From: an uncultured Rubritalea sp.
GTDB lineage: Bacteria > Verrucomicrobiota > Verrucomicrobiia > Verrucomicrobiales > Akkermansiaceae
Length of the DNA: 64,000 bases
NCBI GenBank assembly: GCA_937132085.1
Contig: CAKZNV010000163.1
Location: 7,441-71,440 of the forward strand
Direction of reading: 5' to 3'
Shown here: piece after piece, positions 9,511-18,580 of the stretch
Numbering within the stretch: position 1 is the stretch's first letter
Layout of the letters: every line of letters begins with the position of its first letter
Notes under the pieces: model-generated
What the model saw: the letters and a program-made list of their open reading frames with translations, nothing else
Told to the model about the DNA's origin: nothing
Databases searched by the model: none
Program-made: the position numbers and the translations under genes

Positions 9511-10887
9511 ATGCTTCTAACTGATACAAAAATTCGCAGTGCCAAACCACAGCAAAAACAATACAGGCTTTCCGACGGCGAGTGCCTACACCTAGTCATC
9601 AGACCTAATGGCTCTAGGCTATGGCACTATCGATACGAGTTTTTAGGTAAAGCTAAAACACTTTCTATAGGGAAGTATCCAGAAATTTCACTAGCAGAAG
9701 CTCGTGAGCAAAAACGAGAAGCTAAAAAACTATTAAGAAAAAATATAGATCCATCTGCTCGTAAGCAGCAAGAGCGGTCAATTGCTACGTATAAAGCTAA
9801 CGATACCTTTGAAAAACTGACCCGTGAATGGCATGAGCATAAATCTATACGTTGGAGCCCTAAATATGCAGCAAACACGATAAGAAGGGCTGAAATCCAT
9901 ATTTTTCCTCATATTGGGAAAAGAGCCATCGCCGACGTTACTCCACTTGAAGTTCTAGCGATTATTCAAAAACTCGAATCCGAAGGTAAGACCGACATGA
10001 GCCGTCGTGTCCTAGAAATTATTAATGCTGTATTTAGACGTGCTATCATAACGGGTAGAATTGATCGCAACCCTGCTACGGGTCTAGTTGAAGAGGCAAT
10101 CCCTCATCACGTTGAGCATCACCCAGCTATCACAGAGCAGGAAATTCCCGATTTCCTCAAAGCATTGGATAATCTCAAATGCTATCAGCAATACACGAAG
10201 TATGCTTTCTGGCTTCTTCTCTTAACTGGTGTGAGGCAATGTGAGTTACGTTACTCTAAAAAAAGCGATATTGATTTTAAAGCCAAAGAATGGAGATTAC
10301 GACCAGAAGTTACTAAAATGAAGCGAGTTCACATTGTGGCCTTATCAACTCAGGCTATTTTTGTTCTGCGGAAGTTATTTGAGCTTACTGAATTCAGTGA
10401 ATGGCTCGTTCCATCTCAAAGAACCAAGATTCATCCTGTAATGAGCGAAAACACAATCAACCAAATTATCAAGCGCATGGGTTATAAAGGGAGAATCGTA
10501 GGGCATGGCTTCCGCTCGCTGTTTTCAACTACTCTTAATGATCATGGCTTCGATAGCAAAGTAATTGATCGTCAGCTAGCCCATGTAGGACGTGATAAGA
10601 TAGAGGCTGCGTATAACCGAGCTGAATACAGCAAAAAGCGTCGAGAAATTATGCAATGGTGGGGTGATTTCCTAGATTCACACCGCCCCAGAAATAAGCG
10701 ATTCTGTCCTAAAGAATATGAAATCAAAGGCCACTTCACTTTATCTCAGACTCTGATTCTAATGAATGCAACCCTTTCATACAGCGACGAATCTCTATTA
10801 CATCCCAACCCACAGAACGCTTACCAAGCTTCACAGGCTTTGGGTAAGCCCCTGATTCAATACCACGATACCATGTGCTTTTACTAA
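9511..10887 (+). CDS. P4-type tyrosine integrase (Int2) with N-terminal arm-binding domain
   Basis: MLLTDTKIRSAKP...LSDGECL N-terminus; TGVRQCEL, HGFRS, QLAH and AAYN catalytic motifs. Confidence 0.92.
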   Translation: MLLTDTKIRSAKPQQKQYRLSDGECLHLVIRPNGSRLWHYRYEFLGKAKTLSIGKYPEISLAEAREQKREAKKLLRKNIDPSARKQQERSIATYKANDTFEKLTREWHEHKSIRWSPKYAANTIRRAEIHIFPHIGKRAIADVTPLEVLAIIQKLESEGKTDMSRRVLEIINAVFRRAIITGRIDRNPATGLVEEAIPHHVEHHPAITEQEIPDFLKALDNLKCYQQYTKYAFWLLLLTGVRQCELRYSKKSDIDFKAKEWRLRPEVTKMKRVHIVALSTQAIFVLRKLFELTEFSEWLVPSQRTKIHPVMSENTINQIIKRMGYKGRIVGHGFRSLFSTTLNDHGFDSKVIDRQLAHVGRDKIEAAYNRAEYSKKRREIMQWWGDFLDSHRPRNKRFCPKEYEIKGHFTLSQTLILMNATLSYSDESLLHPNPQNAYQASQALGKPLIQYHDTMCFY

Positions 10888-10957
10888 CTGGTATGACAGT
10901 CAAAACTTGACTTAATCTAACATAGCCTTCTTTAGGCATCTCTAACATATTTTTCAC
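10736..10957 (-). CDS. AlpA-family excisionase/regulator
   Basis: VRLSQVL...VSKSTWYRGIESGAYPKPVKLGKRSVGW is the AlpA pattern; converges on Int2. Confidence 0.85.
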   Translation of the reverse strand: MKNMLEMPKEGYVRLSQVLTVIPVSKSTWYRGIESGAYPKPVKLGKRSVGWDVIEIRRCMKGLHSLESESEIK

Positions 10958-11277
10958 AACTACTCCCTTATTTAAAATTTTGAATAAGACTGTATAATAG
11001 CCTCTTCAATCATACGGAAGCCCCTGATATGAAATTTCATCCCTTACTTTCTTTATCCTATTCACAATCTACCCTCCTGATCCTACCACAAGGTGAAATA
11101 TAAAACCTCCAATCACTCAGAGCAAAGCTCTTCATAATTTCCAGTTTAAAAATTCACCTCCCCCATACATATAGCTGGTTTGAACCGACTTTGTCGGATC
11201 AGATTCCTTATCTTGCTCCTAATAGAAGTGTTGTATATTTGCCACACGTAACAAAAAAGTGACACTACCACCAATTG

Positions 11278-11294
11278 AGGGGCTCCCCTATGTT
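11278..11294 (+). repeat. oriT-like motif, copy 1
   Basis: AGGGGCTCCCCTATGTT; 16/17 identical to 13537-13553. Confidence 0.45.
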
Positions 11295-11365
11295 CTAAAC
11301 TATAGGTTATGCTCCGCTCCTTCTTTTTCAAAAGAATTAACAAACCTAAACAAAGAGGGGCTTGA

Positions 11366-11794
11366 ATGCTAAATTCTACTAATGATTTCCACACTGAAAA
11401 TGACTCTAACAACTCTGGAGATGACGATGATCTATATCGCTCGTTATGGCTTTCTGTCATTCTACAAGCACTAGCTGACGCTAAGAATAAAAGCGCCAAA
11501 GGCAAGCGCAAGCTTGATAAACTCCGTGCCTTAGCCTGGATAGCAGAAGCCAATGACCCTAATAGCGATTTTGCTCAGGTCTGCGAACTTGCTGGTGTTA
11601 ACTGCGCCAAAATGAAAGATCGAATTGACTGCATCCTTGCCGAAGAAAAAGAATCTATCGACTTTCGTTGCTTAAAGAAAACTCATCATCAAAAACGCTC
11701 TTGGAAAGACCGAACTCGACTCTTAAAGAAAACCAAACCAGCCCTTCACAAAACAGTCAAAGAACCTCTAAAAACTAACGGCACCATAAATTAG
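11366..11794 (+). CDS. Hypothetical protein (LWLSVILQALADA motif)
   Basis: 142-aa ORF with an AGAGGGG RBS-like sequence upstream and a hairpin downstream. Confidence 0.55.
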   Translation: MLNSTNDFHTENDSNNSGDDDDLYRSLWLSVILQALADAKNKSAKGKRKLDKLRALAWIAEANDPNSDFAQVCELAGVNCAKMKDRIDCILAEEKESIDFRCLKKTHHQKRSWKDRTRLLKKTKPALHKTVKEPLKTNGTIN

Positions 11795-11802
11795 AATTTC
11801 TT

Positions 11803-11838
11803 CCCACCGTTACCTACTGGTAGCGGTGGGATTCGTTT
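11803..11838. terminator. Hairpin terminator between convergent genes
   Basis: CCCACCGTTACC-TACT-GGTAGCGGTGGG followed by a T-rich tract. Confidence 0.6.
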
Positions 11839-11839
11839 T

Positions 11840-12166
11840 TTATCTAGCATCAAATTCTTGCCCTCGACCTAGAATCACAATTCTCTCAATGGCACACTCA
11901 TCCTCTAAACTCGTCCTTTCCGTCCCCTGCTCCTGCACCCAAAGAGCATCTTGAAGCTGGATAGATTCCCACAGTTCATCTAAATTTTCCCCATGTATTT
12001 CCACAATATAGGCATCGAAGCTCAATGTTATTTGAGAACCAGCATAATCAGCCTCTAACAAGCTATGCCAAACTAACATTTTTTGCTTATCCTCCTTTCT
12101 GATAGTCAGGGTTGGAGTGCCTGTCATTGATTTGTAGCAGCTTTGATCTTGTTTCATATTCATCAT
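11840..12166 (-). CDS. Small relaxase-linked protein (paralog of 35186-35521)
   Basis: Shares F....V...G.NLD....I.......E with the gene after the second relaxase. Confidence 0.6.
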   Translation of the reverse strand: MMNMKQDQSCYKSMTGTPTLTIRKEDKQKMLVWHSLLEADYAGSQITLSFDAYIVEIHGENLDELWESIQLQDALWVQEQGTERTSLEDECAIERIVILGRGQEFDAR

Positions 12167-12178
12167 TGTTTCTTCATT

Positions 12179-13510
12179 CTAATAATTTCGGGCTCTACGC
12201 TTTGCTTCGCGGATGAGTAAGCCGTTCGGACGCCCTTGCAAAGCGGCGCAAATTGTCATTCCCAACCTAAATCTACGCAACACCTCCAGCCTCGCTAGCT
12301 TCTGCCTATGCCGCTTTTGAATCATTTTCGGTCTTTCTTGCATCTTCACTGGTGCTCTATCGTGCGGAGTAGAGCGTTGACCTGCATTGCCTTCCTCAGT
12401 ATCTCTTGCCTCCTGCTTATGCTTTTCACTCTCGTTATTCTCAACCACCAACTCCTCTTTAAGACCATGCTCTATGTCTGCACCAGTCTTGATCAAAGCC
12501 ATCTGCAACTCTTTCTTTTCACTGCGGGTTAATAAAGAATTCTGAAATCTCTTCACCTTCTCTCTGCTAGAACTCAACATTTTGTTAGAACGTGCATCTA
12601 CAACAAAGCTCTTCACCTCCTTCCAGCTAGGTTTTCTATGAAAGGCTTCTTCAAACTCCCTTCTAAATCGAATCTTCGCCTCCCTAGACCGCTCCTTAAT
12701 AAATTGTTCAACACGAGCCTTATTCGGCTCTTGACCAAACAACTCCTGATATCTCCTCACAAACCGCTCTCGCTGAATACTTCGCTGTGAAAACTTTCTC
12801 TCTATAGTGTGAGAAACCTCATTAAGCCGAAAGCCATGCTCTCCCCAACTCACAGTATAGCCAATCGCCTCTGCTCTCTTTGCCAAATTCTGATAAAAAT
12901 ATTCTCGGATAGAAATCTTACTTTCCTCCATCATAGGACGTGGCTGTAAGGCTAGCCATTTTTGCCGATCTTCACAATATGTCACATTCCCAAACACCAA
13001 ATGTGTATGCAATAATGGATCTAACATTCTGCTCGTGTCATGCTGATAAACAGCGCACACCGCATTACCTGTAATCCGATATGACTCAGTATTCACATTC
13101 GTCCCATGCCGAACTCGAACCGCCGCAAACTCTTCCAGCTTCTTAAACGTTTCAATACTAGCTTTATGATACGCCTCAACCAAGCGTTCATCCCCTCCCG
13201 TTAGAGCCATTATACTATAAGACTTAGGAGCGGAAACGACTACATCGTGATAAGCCACTATCCGACTTCTCGGTGTCAGCTTCTCCCCTGTAAATGGATG
13301 CTGATTATTTCGTATTGCCTGAAAATGCTCTTCCTGGACTTCCACACCTAACAAACCCAACTTCTCCGCACCTTGACCATGCCAATAGCCTACCACCTTC
13401 TCGCTCTCGGAGTAATAATCGTTCGCAGAAAGGTGAACTCGTAAATAGTCCTTCCCATCCCTAATCTGGCTAATCGTAATCATCGTTCTAATAGTGATAC
13501 GGAAAACCAA
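12179..13510 (-). CDS. MOBF (TrwC-type) relaxase without helicase domain; likely start at 13483
   Basis: NDYY, YWHGQGAEKLGL, SAPKSYS and HDTSR..DP.LHTH (3-His) motifs; no Walker A motif. Confidence 0.88.
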   Translation of the reverse strand: MVFRITIRTMITISQIRDGKDYLRVHLSANDYYSESEKVVGYWHGQGAEKLGLLGVEVQEEHFQAIRNNQHPFTGEKLTPRSRIVAYHDVVVSAPKSYSIMALTGGDERLVEAYHKASIETFKKLEEFAAVRVRHGTNVNTESYRITGNAVCAVYQHDTSRMLDPLLHTHLVFGNVTYCEDRQKWLALQPRPMMEESKISIREYFYQNLAKRAEAIGYTVSWGEHGFRLNEVSHTIERKFSQRSIQRERFVRRYQELFGQEPNKARVEQFIKERSREAKIRFRREFEEAFHRKPSWKEVKSFVVDARSNKMLSSSREKVKRFQNSLLTRSEKKELQMALIKTGADIEHGLKEELVVENNESEKHKQEARDTEEGNAGQRSTPHDRAPVKMQERPKMIQKRHRQKLARLEVLRRFRLGMTICAALQGRPNGLLIREAKRRARNY

Positions 13511-13536
13511 CCAATCTAATCCAAAAAATAGATCAC

Positions 13537-13553
13537 AGGGACTCCCCTATGTT
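13537..13553 (+). other. Candidate oriT motif upstream of relaxase 1
   Basis: AGGGACTCCCCTATGTT lies between relaxase 1 and the leading-region-like cluster; a related copy sits upstream of relaxase 2. Confidence 0.5.
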
Positions 13554-13624
13554 TCCACTCTCGTTTATAAAGAGGTCATAAAGGAGCAATTCAGTTCCTC
13601 AATAACTCAAACAAAGGAGTCTCT

Positions 13625-13930
13625 ATGAGCAATAAACCTATTCTAACTGTTTCCGCTGGAGGGGGCGTAAAAGCGAGTGTCTGGAAAAATAATAACTCTG
13701 CCGATGGCTCAGATTTTTACTCTGTCACTCTTAACCGATCATACGAAAAAGACGGAGAGTGGAACGAAACCCAATCATTCCGTCGTGATGATTTGCCCAA
13801 GCTAGAATACGCTCTGAACAAAGCCTATGAGTTCATTCTATCCCAACAATATGAGGTTAACACGGATCATGAGCAAGGAACTCATGCATCACGCGTTTCT
13901 CGCGGTCAAGAATCGCAGGCAAGAGGTTAG
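13625..13930 (+). CDS. Small putative ssDNA-binding protein
   Basis: VKASVWKN...FYSVTLNRSYEKDGEW.ETQSFRRDDLPKL; strong AAGGAG RBS. Confidence 0.5.
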   Translation: MSNKPILTVSAGGGVKASVWKNNNSADGSDFYSVTLNRSYEKDGEWNETQSFRRDDLPKLEYALNKAYEFILSQQYEVNTDHEQGTHASRVSRGQESQARG

Positions 13931-13962
13931 AAAGAAAAATAAATAATTTCACCTAGCCTCAC

Positions 13963-14066
13963 GAAAAGCTCCGTCTCCGACGAGAAATATGGAAATCCCA
14001 TTCTCGACGAAGCTTTTCTCCCACTGAAAAAAACGACACACGGTGATGCTTCATCATCACCGTGTG
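13963..14066. promoter_or_regulatory. Two adjacent hairpins upstream of the second SSB-like gene
   Basis: Imperfect long stem GAAAAGCT...AGCTTTTC (13963-14018) and perfect 12-bp stem CACACGGTGATG/CATCACCGTGTG (14037-14066). Confidence 0.5.
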
Positions 14067-14095
14067 AATATTCTGTTGAATAAAAGGAGCAATCA

Positions 14096-14401
14096 ATGCC
14101 ATCAAAAACGATTAAAACCTTCTCTGCTGGATCGGGGATTCAGGCTAATGTTATTATGCAAACTCATCGAGGTTACCAACCCAGCTATAGCGTATCTGTA
14201 GCAAGACATTTCAGAAAGTCAGGCACACAGCAAGAATCTAACATTTACCTCAGAGATGACCTGCCAAAACTTGAGCATGTTATCCGCAAAGCGTTTGATT
14301 TTATCCTTACTCAACAGCAAGCCTCTCTGGAAGAAACTCTCAATTCTCATGTTTCTAAACTGGCTAAAGAGCAGACCGAAATTTCTTGGAGCAAGGCTTG
14401 A
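14096..14401 (+). CDS. Paralog of 13625-13930
   Basis: Same length (101 aa); shares SAG.G, YSV and RDDLPKLE...KA..FIL.QQ. Confidence 0.6.
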   Translation: MPSKTIKTFSAGSGIQANVIMQTHRGYQPSYSVSVARHFRKSGTQQESNIYLRDDLPKLEHVIRKAFDFILTQQQASLEETLNSHVSKLAKEQTEISWSKA

Positions 14402-14531
14402 ACCTCACAACTTAAACAACAAGCAGCTTAACTTGCCTATTCTACTTCAAGGGGGCAAGCCCCCTCAATAAGTAAACTGAAAAATCGTTTCCCCTTAAAA
14501 GGGAACCCACCATTTTTAAGCTGACTTCTTT

Positions 14532-14607
14532 CACCCCCGTAATTTTTGTCCCCCATGGGTTCATATGCGGAGATATGAACCCGTTCTATAATTAAAAAAA
14601 AGGAGAA
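14532..14607 (+). promoter_or_regulatory. Conserved hairpin leader, copy A
   Basis: CACCCCCG...GGGTTCATAT-GCGGAG-ATATGAACCC-N9-TTAAAAAAAAGGAGAA. Confidence 0.6.
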
Positions 14608-14614
14608 CCTAACT

Positions 14615-14989
14615 ATGATGTTACTAACCAAAGCCAATAAAGAAAAACTACTCGATAACGGCAACAAACAGCTACAACTCAGAGGCACAGATAAATGCCA
14701 TGATTTCTACCCCGTAGTTAAACTTTTCATGCCTCTTTCTGCTGCTACGTGGCTACTTACAGAAATCGACCCAGAAGACACAGACATCGCCTTTGGACTA
14801 TGTGACCTCGGCATGGGCTTCCCTGAGCTTAGAACTGTTAGCTTATCAGAATTAGAATCAGTCAAGATTCATGGCGTATCAATTGAACGAGATTTACACT
14901 TCAAAGCCGATAAACCTATCTCAGAATATTCCAGACTAGCACGGCAGCACGGACACATTGTTGAGCAATCTGAAGGGAGGTCAATCTAA
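14615..14989 (+). CDS. DUF2958-family protein
   Basis: PVVKLFMP...ATWLLTEIDPEDTDIAFGLCDLGMGFPEL..VSLSEL, with C-terminal ERDLHF. Confidence 0.8.
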   Translation: MMLLTKANKEKLLDNGNKQLQLRGTDKCHDFYPVVKLFMPLSAATWLLTEIDPEDTDIAFGLCDLGMGFPELRTVSLSELESVKIHGVSIERDLHFKADKPISEYSRLARQHGHIVEQSEGRSI

Positions 14990-15068
14990 CATCGCGTTCA
15001 AACCTTACTTGGCGGCAGTTCTAGCAATTGCCGCCAATATTTTAATATAAATCTTTACGGAGGCACTA

Positions 15069-15506
15069 ATGCCCAACAATCAAATCCCATACGAGCCTGG
15101 ACACCCTTGGTATTACGTCCTTGGTGGCAAGGTTCTGAAACCCAGTCAAATCAAACAAAATGTAATCAAAAGCGGCTATCAAGGCTACTTGAAAGAAGAT
15201 ATTGAAAAAGCTGCAAACAAGGTAGAACCTCAACGCTCAATAGCATTACGCAGAATAAGAGAATCTGCTAAAAATGATCTTTTCTCCGATTTGAGCCGCT
15301 ACCGTGAAGTAGTCAGAGAACTAAGCCAGCACCGAGCTAGTAACTTAGACAAAGAACCACAACATCACGACATCCATACAAGCATAAGCCTCAAACATAA
15401 CCACATTTACAATAATTTGGCTCATCTTGTCACCATAGACGACTTACTCTCAGAGCAACCAGAACTTGATTTATTCTCTTCTCTAGGAGGCGCAAATGGC
15501 AGATGA
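15069..15506 (+). CDS. Hypothetical protein coupled to the methylase-like gene
   Basis: 145-aa ORF with GGAGG RBS; overlaps the next gene. Confidence 0.6.
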   Translation: MPNNQIPYEPGHPWYYVLGGKVLKPSQIKQNVIKSGYQGYLKEDIEKAANKVEPQRSIALRRIRESAKNDLFSDLSRYREVVRELSQHRASNLDKEPQHHDIHTSISLKHNHIYNNLAHLVTIDDLLSEQPELDLFSSLGGANGR

Positions 15507-16266
15507 AACCTACCGCACAATAATAGAGCAAATAGCTAGAACTAAATCGTCAACCATCACCGTGTTTGCAGATTTTTGCCGTATCGCCGCTTGTTGCTTT
15601 GCCGCAGGAACTAGAGAAGATGAATATTTTGAAGCCATCAAAAGCTATTCTAAAGACGAGCTAACACAGCTTTCCAAAGCTCTAGCCTTACTCATCTCAG
15701 AAATGGAGTCTAAGCCATTCACCGATGTTCTAGGCACTTACTATTTAGACATCGCTAGCCACTCCAGCAAACAAAGCCGAGGTGAATTCTATACACCACC
15801 AGAAATATCAAAGCTAATGGCAAAAATATCCGTAAATGCAGAATCGGTCATCGAAAAAGGCAAACCAATCACCGTCAACGAACCTGCCTGTGGAGCTGGT
15901 GGCATGATGCTAACCCTAGCAGAACAATTCGCCCCTCATTCAACAGGCAAAGAAAAAAGCTATGTAGACTTACTCCGCGTAACCTGCCAAGACATCAACC
16001 CCGTAGGCGTAGACATGTGCTACATAAACATGACCCTCTGGGGCATCCCAGCTACAATGATATGCGGTGACACCTTGCGAGGCACAATCAACAATTCATG
16101 GAAAAATATACATTGGCATCGCGTTGGCGAAGACCAACGCCAAGCAGTAGAAAACATGCTAGACTTCATCAAAAATCCACAAGCGGAGGAAAAAGAAAAA
16201 CCTGCTGACATTACAATGCCTAGTGCCTTTTTTCAAACTGGAGAACAGATGGAGTTAGGCTTTTGA
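15496..16266 (+). CDS. N6-methyltransferase-like protein (SAM-binding part; NPPx motif not seen)
   Basis: GEFYTP, EPACGAGGM, QDINP and GDTL motifs. Confidence 0.7.
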   Translation: MADETYRTIIEQIARTKSSTITVFADFCRIAACCFAAGTREDEYFEAIKSYSKDELTQLSKALALLISEMESKPFTDVLGTYYLDIASHSSKQSRGEFYTPPEISKLMAKISVNAESVIEKGKPITVNEPACGAGGMMLTLAEQFAPHSTGKEKSYVDLLRVTCQDINPVGVDMCYINMTLWGIPATMICGDTLRGTINNSWKNIHWHRVGEDQRQAVENMLDFIKNPQAEEKEKPADITMPSAFFQTGEQMELGF

Positions 16267-16270
16267 TTTT

Positions 16271-16591
16271 TTACTGCGCTCCAGATTGCGCGATAGGCAC
16301 TAGCCTAATTTTTAAATGTAAGCCGTTCAGAACATCACGTAGCGTTTCTATAGTCGGATTACCTTTCTCAGATAAAGCTCGATACAAGTTTTCACGCTTA
16401 ATATTCACATTCTCAGCTAGCTTGCCTAAGCCTCCCTGAGCCTCAGCAACACTTCGCAGAGCAAGCATAAGCGAAGCTCTATCATCATCGGCTTGAAACT
16501 CTTCAAAAGCCGCTTCCAAATACCCTCTAGCATTTTCTGAATCCGCTAGGTATTCCTTCTTATATTCACTCCATTTTTTTGTTTTAGCCAT
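16271..16591 (-). CDS. HigA-like addiction-module antitoxin (HTH)
   Basis: YLEAAFEE...LALRSVAEAQGGLGKLAE...RENLYRALSEKGNPTIETL. Confidence 0.85.
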   Translation of the reverse strand: MAKTKKWSEYKKEYLADSENARGYLEAAFEEFQADDDRASLMLALRSVAEAQGGLGKLAENVNIKRENLYRALSEKGNPTIETLRDVLNGLHLKIRLVPIAQSGAQ

Positions 16592-16922
16592 TGTCTTTAT
16601 CCTCCAAGTAATTTTTCCAGTAATCTTGTGCTTGCGTAATATCCTTATTCTGGGATTTTTTATCCCCTCCTGTTAGTAGTAAAACGATCTTTCCATCATC
16701 AACCCCATAATAAACTCGATACCCAGAACCAAAGAAAAACCTTAGTTCTGAAACACCTTTGCCGACGATTTTATGGTCACCAAAGTTACCGAGCTGAACA
16801 CGGTCAAGACGAGCCATAATTCGATTCTGAATATTACGTTCCAAACTTTTCAGCCATGATTCAAATGGAGCCTTTCCACTTTCCAGAACATAAATCTCAA
16901 TTTCGTATTCAACTCTTCCCAT
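16584..16922 (-). CDS. RelE/HigB-family addiction-module toxin
   Basis: PFESWL...RIMARLDR...GNFGDHK.VGKGVSELR..FGSGYRVYY...LLLTGGDK. Confidence 0.87.
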   Translation of the reverse strand: MGRVEYEIEIYVLESGKAPFESWLKSLERNIQNRIMARLDRVQLGNFGDHKIVGKGVSELRFFFGSGYRVYYGVDDGKIVLLLTGGDKKSQNKDITQAQDYWKNYLEDKDNG

Positions 16923-17122
16923 CTGAGTTTAATTGTATCATAAACGATACAACCCGTCAACCAGTTCCTACAGCAGCAAAGCAATTGAATCTTCAAGCAC
17001 TTAGACAAGTGCTTATAAGGTGGCGCGGCCCCCTCAAAATCAAGCAGATTAGTAAATTGTCCTCGGAAGTTTTCATTGATTTTTGATGTCCTGCGGGACT
17101 TTACGAATCGGCTTGATTCCTA

Positions 17123-17197
17123 CACCCCCGCCCTCGCCGGGAGCAAGGTTTCATATGCAGGCATACGAAACCCTGCATTCATTAAAAAAAAGGAGAA
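17123..17197 (+). promoter_or_regulatory. Conserved hairpin leader, copy B
   Basis: CACCCCCG...GGTTTCATATG-CAGG-CATACGAAACC-N9-TTAAAAAAAAGGAGAA. Confidence 0.6.
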
Positions 17198-17201
17198 TAT
17201 A

Positions 17202-17558
17202 ATGACACATACTTTTTACCACGCTAAATCATCTGCTAAGCTATTTGGCGGCACTCCAGAGGACTATCTGGAAATTCATCATTGGTTTGATGCCACGAAA
17301 GAAAGCTTTTGTGATTTCAGACACAGGGCTATTCGCCACCACTCAGAAGGCATTTTTGAATGTGAACGAATTTTCGGCACAACGATAACCAACAGCGACG
17401 GCAAAGAAATACCAACTCGTTATATTGGTGAGCAACATGTCATGGAAGATTGTGGAGGCTATGTCCCCTCCCTCAGCGACTGGCTTTCCACCATCCAGCC
17501 TAAGCCGTGGATGGCAAAAGCAACTCAAGTTGGCGCAAGAGCAAGGAGGGCTGAATAA
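17202..17558 (+). CDS. DUF6915-like protein (start reassigned to the ATG at 17202)
   Basis: HAKSSAK.FGG.PEDY..IHHWFD...RHRAIRHHSEGIF..ERIFG...EQHVMED; RBS directly before 17202. Confidence 0.7.
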   Translation: MTHTFYHAKSSAKLFGGTPEDYLEIHHWFDATKESFCDFRHRAIRHHSEGIFECERIFGTTITNSDGKEIPTRYIGEQHVMEDCGGYVPSLSDWLSTIQPKPWMAKATQVGARARRAE

Positions 17559-18004
17559 TGGAATCTAGTAAAAAAGCATACATGAAGACACTGGCTACAA
17601 TTTTACCCATACTTCAGAAGCATAAAATTAAATCTGTTGAAGTATCATTTGAAGGCTGTGGCGATAGCGGTGCTATTGATGATATCACATTTAATCCATC
17701 TCTACCTGATGAGTTAGAAACCTTACAAATCTATTACCACACTTCTCGGAGGGAGCTTTCAGAAGGTAACTGGCTATGGAGTAATATAGAGGAAACAGGC
17801 TCTGTTCAAGATGCCATCGAAAAACTAACCTACGAGTTTTTAGAAGCAACTCAAGTTGACTGCTATAATAACGAGGGAGGATTTGGCAAACTTATTATCG
17901 ACACCAAAGAGGAGTCCGTCACTCTTGACGTAAACGTTAACTATTACGAATCCTATAATGAATTCAGCTCTAAACTAGGCATTATTACAGGAGAGGAAAT
18001 ATAG
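17558..18004 (+). CDS. DUF6878-like protein
   Basis: VEVSFEGCGDSG and NNEGGFG motifs; TAATG coupling to the upstream gene. Confidence 0.65.
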   Translation: MESSKKAYMKTLATILPILQKHKIKSVEVSFEGCGDSGAIDDITFNPSLPDELETLQIYYHTSRRELSEGNWLWSNIEETGSVQDAIEKLTYEFLEATQVDCYNNEGGFGKLIIDTKEESVTLDVNVNYYESYNEFSSKLGIITGEEI

Positions 18005-18025
18005 TAGGTAATTAGTTGCATACAC

Positions 18026-18119
18026 AGAGGCACAGTAACCACTTCGGAACTGTGCCTCTACCCCGAAAACAAGTCGCCCTATGGGAAGACACAAGACCCT
18101 TAGCGCATTCGCGCTAAGG
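18026..18119. terminator. Two hairpins closing the leading-region-like cluster
   Basis: AGAGGCACAGT/ACTGTGCCTCT and CCTTAGCGC-ATTC-GCGCTAAGG. Confidence 0.5.
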
Positions 18120-18225
18120 AAACAGAGACTTTCCAACATCAACTCCACTCACCTTCCAACTATTTTCCACTTACAATCCACCACTATTCCACCCCTCCTC
18201 CACGTATAAATCAACGCACATTCCA

Positions 18226-18579
18226 ATGGATATCCACCACAGTTTCCACGTATTACCTGTAATGCAATTTGAACTACACATACCACCCAACAGAAGCGCA
18301 CTCGAACCATACCGAGAACAAATCACAGCCATGCGAGCACAAAACTGGCCTCACCTAAAAATAGCCAGATGGCTCAGCGATAATCATCAAATCACTATTC
18401 ATCAGGAGTCAGTAAGGCGTTTTTGTATCTCCAGAAGCATTCACAAACTAACACTGAAAAATGCTCCGAAAATACAGAGTAAAACAAAGACTGCTCCCAA
18501 ACAATCAAAGTTAGCCGAAAAGGAAAAATTCATCTATGAGCCAAGTCTCATAGACATCCACTCATCCTCAAAACACTAG
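18226..18579 (+). CDS. Small basic HTH-like protein
   Basis: SALEPYREQI..MR...W....IARWL...H.I.I..ESVRRF pattern. Confidence 0.45.
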   Translation: MDIHHSFHVLPVMQFELHIPPNRSALEPYREQITAMRAQNWPHLKIARWLSDNHQITIHQESVRRFCISRSIHKLTLKNAPKIQSKTKTAPKQSKLAEKEKFIYEPSLIDIHSSSKH

Positions 18580-18580
18580 G

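Noticed and set aside
11146-11553. 135-aa minus-strand ORF
   Set aside because: Antisense to the better supported 11366-11794 gene and has no recognisable motif.
13900-13930. C-terminal Arg-containing tails as T4SS translocation signals (also at the ends of the 20261 gene and relaxase 2)
   Set aside because: Too short and degenerate to support from sequence alone.
17076-17201. N-terminal extension of the DUF6915-like ORF
   Set aside because: It spans the conserved hairpin leader; the RBS points to the ATG at 17202.
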